Source: an uncultured Actinomycetota bacterium
Lineage (GTDB): Bacteria; Actinomycetota; UBA4738; HRBIN12
Direction: 5' to 3'
NCBI GenBank assembly: GCA_963724415.1
Contig: CAVRUS010000011.1
Span: 561-64,560 of the forward strand
Length of the DNA stretch: 64,000 bases
Of the stretch, positions 57,008 to 64,000 are shown one piece after another; position 1 is the first letter of the stretch, and each line of letters begins with the position of its first letter. The notes under the pieces are model-generated. The model saw only the letters and a program-made list of their open reading frames with translations. It searched no databases and was not told where the DNA came from. The position numbers and the translations under genes are program-made.

Positions 57008-58382
57008 ATGAGCTGGCTGTCGGATCGCGTCCGGATCCTCCGCCCGCTCCGGCATCGAGACTTCCGGCTGCTCTGGACCGGGATGACCGCGTCGCTGATC
57101 GGCGACGGCATCTTCCTCGTGGCGCTCGCGTGGCAGGTCTACGAGCTCTCGAACGTCCCGACCGCGCTCTCGATCGTGGGCGTCGCGATGACGCTGCCGC
57201 AGATCGTCTTCCTCCTGATCGGCGGTGTGGTGAGCGACCGGTTCGACCGGCGCTGGGTGATGATCGCGGCGGACGCGATCCGCGCCGTGAGCGTGGCCGC
57301 CCTCGGGGATGCTGTCGATCGGCGGCGTCCTGGAGCTCTGGCACATGATGATCGTGGCCGCCACGTTCGGGGCCGGGACCGCGTTCTTCGGTCCGGCCTT
57401 CGATGCGATCGTGCCGCAGCTGGTGCCCGGCGCGGATCTGAACCAGGCGAACTCCCTCGACCAGTTCATCCGTCCGGCCGCGGCCCGCATGCTGGGCCCC
57501 GCCGTCGGGGGATGGCTGATCGGCATCTGGGGCGGGAACCCCGGCCCGGCCTTCCTGATCGATGCGCTCACCTTCGTCGTGTCGATCGCGTGCGTCGCCC
57601 GCATGAGGGCGCGTGAGATCGACCGTTCCGCGGACGGAACCGAAGACCGCGTTCCAGGACGTCAAGGAGGGGTTCCGCTTCGTCCGCTCGCGGGTATGGC
57701 TCTGGGGCACCTTCCTGGCCGCGACCCTCGCGTACCTGATCTTCTGGGGACCCTCCGAGGTCCTGTTGCCGTTCATCGTCAAGAACCACATGCACGGGTC
57801 GGCGAGCGACCTGGGGTTCATCCTCGCGCTCGGCGGCGTCGGGGCGATGTTCGCCGCCGTGGTGATGGGGAACCGCGAGATGCCCCGCCGCCACATCACG
57901 TTCATGTACGGGGTCTGGACGCTCTCGACCCTCGCGGTCGCCGGCTATCGGGCTCGCCTCGCTTCCCGTGGCAGGCGATGGTCGCGTGCTTCGTCTTCAA
58001 CGCCCTGGAGGGAGCGGGCACGATCGTCTGGGCGACCACGAAGGGCCGCCTCGTCCCGGAGCGCCTGCTGGGCGTGTCTCGAGCTTCGACTGGTTCATCT
58101 CGATCGGCCTCGTGCCCCTGTCCTTCGCGATCACCGGCCCGGTGGCCGCTGTGTTCGGGGCCCGGAGCGACGCTCGTCGGCGCGGGCATCCTGGGTGCGA
58201 TCGTCACGCTCGGGTTCCTGTTCCTGCCGGGGATGCGGGACATCGAGCGCTCCGGGGACCTCGCGCGCGCCTCGGCGGAGGACGACGAGTTGGCTCTCGG
58301 GTTCCTGGCCGACGACCCGATGGTGCCGATCGGCGCCGGGGGAACCCCCCGGGGGTCCGAAGCCGCTGAGATCGGCTCCTGA
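57008..58382 (+). pseudogene. MFS transporter with at least 3 frameshifts
   Basis: Collinear MFS pieces are found in frames 57008-57616, 57309-58382, 57613-58395 and 57968-58369. One shift is at a GGGG run near 57310. Confidence 0.65.
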
Positions 58383-58407
58383 GCAGCGGCGATGAGCCTA
58401 AGGCGCG

Positions 58408-61400
58408 GTGTTCGGAGGACCCGATACCCAACGGGTGAAGCAACGGGCCTGGTTGGCGTACTCCATCGGCGGCGCCCTCGTGACCGCGGCGTACCTGTTC
58501 GTGCCCGGTCTCCGCCTCGGGCCGATCTTCAACCTGATCGCGATCTCCTCGCCGATCGCGATCCTGATCGCGGTGAGGCTGTGGAAGCCCCAGACCCGCC
58601 TCCCGTGGTACCTGTTCGCGCTCGGGATGACGTTCTTCGTGGCCGGCGACGTCATCACCTACAACTACGACCGCTTCTTCGGCACCGAGCTCCCGTTCCC
58701 GTCGGTCGGCGACGTCTTCTACCTGTCCGTGTACCCGTGTCTGGTGGCCGGCATCCTGCTCCTCGTCCGTCGGAGCAATCCGGGTGGTGACCGCGACAGC
58801 GTGATCGACTCGCTGATCGTCGCGATCGGCGTCGGGACGGTCTCGTGGGTCTTCCTGCTCTCGCCGCTGGCGCACGACTCGGTCGTCGACGCTGCTCCAG
58901 AAGCTCACCGCGATGGGCTACCCGGTGGTGGACCTGATCCTGCTCACGGTGGTGGTCCGGCTCGCGATCGGCGGCGGCCGCCGGACGCCGCGTCCTTCTA
59001 CCTGCTGGCCAGCGCGGCGTTGGCGCTGTTCGCACGGACTTCCGCTACAGCTACATCTTCGTGCAAGGCGACGTCTACGACCAGAGCGGGATACCTCGAG
59101 GCCGGCTGGGCGACCTTCTACATCCTGTGGGGGGCCGCGGCCTTGCACGGATCGATGCGGACGTTGTCGGAGCGGGTCGTCGACGTCGTTCCGCGGCTCT
59201 CCCGTAGCCGGCTCAGCGATCCTCGCGCTGGCCTCGTTGCTCGCGCCCTGCGTGATGATGATCCAGCACCTCCTGCGGAAGCGACCGAGGACCTCCCCGT
59301 GCTGATCGGGGCGGCCGGCGTCTTGTTCCTCCTGGTCGTGATGCGGATCGCCGGGTTGGTGCGGAAGCAGGAACAGTCGGCGGTCCGGGAGCGGGCGCTC
59401 CGCGGCGCCGGGACCGCCCTCGTGACGGCGACGAACCGGGAGGGCATCTACGCGGCGACCTTGCAGGCGGCGCGGTTCCATCGCGGGCGGAGAGCTCGGT
59501 GATCCGTGTGTTGGTCGCCGAGGAAGCGCTCGAGGAGTTTCACCGTCGTGGCGGCCGAGGGAGGAACGGAGGAGTCATCGGCCGGACGATCTCGCTCTCG
59601 AGCGCTCCGCGACTGGAAGCGCGACCGGCTCCGTTCGCACCGCTCCTACGAGGTGCCGATCTCAGGAAGCGGAACTCGCCGGACCCCTCGCCCTCCCGGT
59701 CGAGAGTGACGTTCCTCCTGAGCGGGCCGCTGTTCATGAAGGACGAGCTCCGAGGTCTGCTCGTGGTGGGAAGCCAGATCGGCCCTTCCGAAGGAGAACC
59801 GAGACACGCTCGAGGCTCTGACCTCGCAGGTCGCGCTCGCGCTCGATAGCGCCGCGCTGACCGAGGACCTGCTCCGCCAGCAGACCGAGGCGCGGTTCCG
59901 ATCGCTCGTCCAGAACTCGACGGACGTCGTGATGGTGGTCGACGCCGATTCGACCGTCCGCTACGTCAGCCCGTCGGTGGCGGGTGTGTTCGGCTACGAC
60001 CCCTCGGAGCTCGAGGGGACCAAGCTCACGGGCCTGATCCATCCCGACGACAAGGCGCCCGTGCTCCAGTTCCTGACCGCCACGAGCCGCGAAGGAGGGG
60101 TCCCGACCACGCTGATCGAGTCGCGGATGCGGCACCGAGACGACTTCTGGCTCCACATCGAGACGCTCCGAACGGACCTGATGCACGATCCCAACGTGAA
60201 GGGGATCGTCCTGAACTCCCGGGACGTATCGGAACGCAAGGCGTTCGAGGAGCAGCTGGCGCACCAGGCGTTCCACGACTCGATCACCGGGCTCGCGAAC
60301 CGCGCGCTCTTCCGCGACCGCGTCGAGCACGCGCTGGAGCGCCTGACGCGCACCGACCTGCCGATGTCGGTCCTGTTCATGGACCTCGACGACTTCAAGA
60401 CGATCAACGATTCGCTGGGGCACGCGGCCGGCGACCGCCTGCTGGGGGAAGTGGGGGAGCGGCTGCGAACGTGCCTCCGGACGCCGGATACGGCCGCCCG
60501 CCTCGGGGGCGACGAGTTCGCGATCCTGCTCGAGGACGGTGGCGAGGGAGTCGGTGCGGCCGACGTCGCCGTCCGGATCCTCCAGGCGTTGGACGCTCCG
60601 TTCCAGCTCGACGGGAAGGAGGTCTTCGTCCGGGCGAGCATCGGGATCGCGAGCTCGGGCGTCGACGGGACGATCGGGCCGGAGGGAGCGGAGGAGCTCC
60701 TCCGCAACGCGGACGTCGCGATGTACATCGCGAAGGAAGCGGGGAAGAACCGGTATCAGGTCTTCGAACCGAAGATGCACGACACGGCGCTCCGCAGGCT
60801 GGAGCTGAAGGCTGACCTGCAGCGAGCCGTCGACAACGAGGAGTTCGTCCTCTTCTACCAACCGGTGATCCATCTGGCGAGCGGGGAGATCGAGGGGTTC
60901 GAGGCCTTGATCCGCTGGAACCATCCGACCCGGGGTCTCGTGATGCCCCTGGACTTCATCCCCCTCGCCGAGGAGACGGGCCTGATCGTTCCGATCGGTT
61001 CGTGGGTGCTCGCGGAAGCGTGCCGGAGCGGGCAGGAGCTGCAACCGGCCGGGACCGACGAACGCCCGCTGCACGTGGCGGTCAACCTGTCCGCGAAGCA
61101 GCTGCAGCGTCCGGGGATCGTCCAAGAGACCGCGCAGGTGCTCCTGGACTCCGGGTTGCCGCCCGAGCGTCTCGTGCTCGAGATCACCGAGAGCGTGATG
61201 ATGCAGGACATGGTCCTGTCCAACGAGCGCCTCACGCAGCTCGGGGTCCTGGGCGTCAAGATCGCCGTGGACGACTTCGGGACCGGGTACTCGTCGCTGA
61301 ACTACATCCGACGCTTCCCCGTGGACATCCTGAAGGTGGACAAGTCCTTCGTCGACGGCGTCAGCGAAGGCGGCGAGGAGTCGGCGCTGACCGCCGCGAT

Positions 61401-61602
61401 CATCGAGCTCGCGGGCATCCTCAACCTCCGCCCCGTGGCCGAGGGGATCGAGCGTGCCGATCAGCTGGAGAAGCTCCTCGAGCTCAACTGCGAGCTCGGG
61501 CAGGGCTACTACTTCTCGGAGCCGCTGTCGTTCGACGGTGCCCGGGAGCTCCTGCGGAACCGGCGGATCCTCGCCAGCAGAGACGCGGAGCTGACGACGT
61601 AG
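58408..61602 (+). pseudogene. membrane sensor / PAS / GGDEF / EAL signalling protein; the 58880-59810 segment carries about 8 frameshifts, and 59929-61602 is intact
   Basis: Polytopic N-domain, PAS (MVVDADSTVRYVSPS), GGDEF (RLGGDEFAIL) and EAL (EALIRW, KIAVDDFGTGYSS). The middle of the protein is readable only by hopping frames. Confidence 0.7.
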
Positions 61603-61626
61603 CGCCTCCTCGCCCTCGCCTCATCC

Positions 61627-61664
61627 GAGGCCCGGGCGGTCTGCGGGTCGCCCGCCCGGGCCTC
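61627..61664 (+). terminator. putative intrinsic terminator hairpin (13-bp GC stem gaggcccgggcgg / ccgcccgggcctc)
   Basis: Lies 25 nt after the EAL gene stop. A perfect inverted repeat with a 12-nt loop, followed by cgcgttccttcc (a weak U tract). Confidence 0.4.
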
Positions 61665-61850
61665 CGCGTTCCTTCCATCGGTAGGACCGGGGGACCTCCT
61701 GCTCGGGTGCCGGGATCCCGGCGCCTCTCGGGAGGCCGCTGCCAACCCTCCGAGGAAAGATGTAGCCGCCCCACGTGACGCGAGGAGGACGGGCGAGGGA
61801 ACGTTCGGTGTCGGCTTCGGCGGCCGAGCCCCGCCACCTATGCTCCTGCC

Positions 61851-64000
61851 GTGAAACGGTGCCCGAGCTGCGGGGAGGAGAACGCCGACCGGGCGCGGTT
61901 CTGCCAGCGTTGTGCGACGCCGCTCGAGGAGGCCGCGCCCCCGCCCGGTGACGTCCGGAAGGTCGTCACGATCGTGTTCGCCGACGTGACCGGTTCCACG
62001 GCGCTCGGCGAGCGCCTCGATCCCGAGGCCCTCCGACGCGTGATGGGTCGGTACTTCGACGAGATGGCCGCTGCGATCGAGCGCCACGGCGGGACGGTCG
62101 AGAAGTTCATCGGCGACGCCGTGATGGCCGTGTTCGGGATCCCGCGGCTCCACGAGGACGACGCCGTCCGGGCCGTGCGCGCGGCGATCGGGATGCGCGA
62201 GGCGCTCGAGGCGCTGAACCTGGATCTGGAGCGCGAGCACGGCGAGGGACTGGCCGCGCGGATCGGCGTGAACACGGGCGAGGTCGTGGCCGGCGACCCG
62301 TCGGCCGGGCAGCGCCTCGTCACCGGCGACGCGGTGAACGTCGCCGCGCGGTTGGAACAGGCGGCCGCGCCCGGCGAGATCCTGCTCGGCGATCCCACCT
62401 ACCGTCTGGTCAAGGACGCCGTGGAGGTCGAGCCCGTGGACGCCCTCGCCCTGAAGGGGAAGCAGCAGCCGGTGCCGGCGTTCCGGCTGATCGCCGTGGC
62501 GGCCGACACCGCGGGACACGAGCGCCACCTCGATTCGCCGATGGTGGGCCGCGCGAAGGAGCTCTCCCTGCTGGAGCACGCCCTCGAGCGCGCGGTCACC
62601 GACCGCACCTCGCACCTCTTCACCCTGATGGGTCCGGCCGGGGTCGGGAAGTCCCGGCTCGTGGCCGAGTTCCTCGGCGGATCGGTGAGCGAGGCGACGG
62701 TCCTGCGCGGCCGCTGCCTCTCCTACGGCGAGGGCATCACGTTCTTCCCGCTCGCCGACGTGGTCCACCAGGCGGCGGGGATCCTGGACAGCGACCTCCC
62801 GGCGGTCGCTCGCTCGAAGCTCGACGACGTCCTCGGCGACGCGCCCGATCGGGATCGCGTCGCGGGACTGGTGGCCGGTCTGTTCGGCTGGGCGGATCCC
62901 GGTGCGACCGAGGACGCGTTCTGGGCGGTCCGCAAGCTCCTCGAACACCTCGCACGCGATCGCCCGCTGGTGGTCGTGTTCGACGACATCCATTGGGGAG
63001 AGCCGACGTTCCTCGACCTGATCGAACACCTCGCGGACTGGACGCGGGATGCCGCGGTCCTGTTGCTGTGCATCGCGAGGCCCGAGCTCCTCGAGGTTCG
63101 CCCCGGTTGGGGCGGCGGCAAGATGAACGCGACCTCGATCCTGCTCGAGCCGCTCGCCGGCGACGATGCGTCGCAGCTCGTCGACAACCTCCTCGGGCGG
63201 GCCGACATCCCGCAGGTCGCGCGCGACCGGATCCTCGAGGCGGCCGAGGGCAACCCGCTCTTCGTCGAGGAGATGCTCGCGATGCTGATCGACGACGGCC
63301 TCCTCCGATTCGAGGACGGTGCGTGGCGATCCGTCGAGGACCTGGCGAACGTGACCGTGCCGCCGACGATCCACCTGCTCCTGGCCGCGAGGCTCGACCG
63401 GCTCGACGCCGATGAGCGCGCGGTGATCGAGCGCGGCTCGGTGGAGGGCAAGGTGTTCCACTCCGGCGCCGTCGCGACGCTCAGCCAGGAGACGGCCCGC
63501 CCGAACGTTCGGTCCCGGCTGCTGGCACTGGCCCGCAAGGAGCTGATCCGGCCGGACCGGCCCGAGTTCGCCGGCGAGGACGCCTTCCGGTTCCGGCATC
63601 TGCTGATCCGTGATGCCGCGTATCAGGCGATGCCGAAGGAGCAGCGAGCCGATCTGCACGAGCGCTTCGCGGGCTGGCTGGCGGAGGCCGCGCGCGAGCG
63701 GATGGCCGAGTACGAGGAGATCCTCGGATACCACCTCGAGCAGGCCTACCGGTACCGGGAGGAGCTCGGCGCTGCCGACGAGGCCGCGCGGGGGATCGCG
63801 ACGCGCGCGGCCGAGTATCTGTTCGCCTCGGCGGTCCGCGCGGACGAGCGCAACGACCTGAACGCGGCGAAGGCGTTCCTGGAACGCAGCGTCGCGCTCT
63901 CGGACGGAGGTCTCCAGGGGCGATCGCTGCTGCTGCTGGCCGAGGTCGTCCAGGAGCTGGGCGAGTACACGGCGGCACACGAGATCGTCCTGCGCGCCCG
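61851..64000 (+). CDS. zinc-ribbon / class III cyclase / STAND NTPase / TPR protein, paralog 4 (3'-partial at window end)
   Basis: GTG start. CPSCG..CQRC ribbon, VTIVFADVTGST and KFIGDAVMAVFG cyclase motifs, P-loop GPAGVGKS, VFDDIHWGEPTFLDLIEH. It continues beyond position 64000. Confidence 0.85.
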   Translation, partial: MKRCPSCGEENADRARFCQRCATPLEEAAPPPGDVRKVVTIVFADVTGSTALGERLDPEALRRVMGRYFDEMAAAIERHGGTVEKFIGDAVMAVFGIPRLHEDDAVRAVRAAIGMREALEALNLDLEREHGEGLAARIGVNTGEVVAGDPSAGQRLVTGDAVNVAARLEQAAAPGEILLGDPTYRLVKDAVEVEPVDALALKGKQQPVPAFRLIAVAADTAGHERHLDSPMVGRAKELSLLEHALERAVTDRTSHLFTLMGPAGVGKSRLVAEFLGGSVSEATVLRGRCLSYGEGITFFPLADVVHQAAGILDSDLPAVARSKLDDVLGDAPDRDRVAGLVAGLFGWADPGATEDAFWAVRKLLEHLARDRPLVVVFDDIHWGEPTFLDLIEHLADWTRDAAVLLLCIARPELLEVRPGWGGGKMNATSILLEPLAGDDASQLVDNLLGRADIPQVARDRILEAAEGNPLFVEEMLAMLIDDGLLRFEDGAWRSVEDLANVTVPPTIHLLLAARLDRLDADERAVIERGSVEGKVFHSGAVATLSQETARPNVRSRLLALARKELIRPDRPEFAGEDAFRFRHLLIRDAAYQAMPKEQRADLHERFAGWLAEAARERMAEYEEILGYHLEQAYRYREELGAADEAARGIATRAAEYLFASAVRADERNDLNAAKAFLERSVALSDGGLQGRSLLLLAEVVQELGEYTAAHEIVLRA

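Noticed and set aside
1-64000. Search for CRISPR arrays, tRNA/rRNA genes, IS elements or integrases
   Set aside because: No short regularly spaced repeats, no tRNA-like cloverleaf candidates in the few intergenic gaps over 150 bp, and no transposase or integrase-like ORFs were recognised by eye. A computational scan (tRNAscan, Infernal, ISfinder) would be needed to exclude them.

Overview
High-GC (about 70%) actinobacterial-type segment with roughly 60 protein-coding genes and no rRNA, tRNA or CRISPR detected by eye. The most conspicuous content is four paralogs of a large zinc-ribbon / class III nucleotidyl cyclase / STAND NTPase / TPR protein at 3907-7410, 27285-30473, 34706-37893 and 61851 to the window end. 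Three look intact and the 34706 copy carries multiple frameshifts. A secreted or lipid-active enzyme cluster follows: a papain-like C1 peptidase, an EEP-family gene with an in-frame stop, an M15 peptidase, a cholesterol-oxidase-like GMC oxidoreductase, a patatin-like phospholipase, an ADC-like protein and an alpha/beta hydrolase. The GMC oxidoreductase and the patatin lipase share a C-terminal domain of about 200 aa and are encoded convergently. The window also holds a MarR / epoxide-hydrolase divergent pair, an XRE-HTH plus AbiEii-like nucleotidyltransferase pair that looks like a toxin-antitoxin or abortive-infection module, and an ECF41 sigma factor with two candidate ECF41-type promoters in its divergent intergenic region. 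An amino-acid ABC transporter operon lies at 40251-43498. A subtilisin-like protease with a C-terminal (SNSWS)n tail sits 13 bp upstream of an orphan sensor kinase. An alpha-oxoamine synthase is translationally coupled to a TPR protein. A 736-bp tandem direct repeat duplicates a lipoprotein gene around a two-gene insert. Many genes carry frameshifts or in-frame stops (metallophosphoesterase, GMC oxidoreductase, Sir2, SRPBCC, MFS, a PAS-GGDEF-EAL sensor and the third cyclase paralog). These are either real gene decay or indel errors in the assembly. All calls rest on manual reading of the supplied six-frame translations and motif recognition; no database searches were run.
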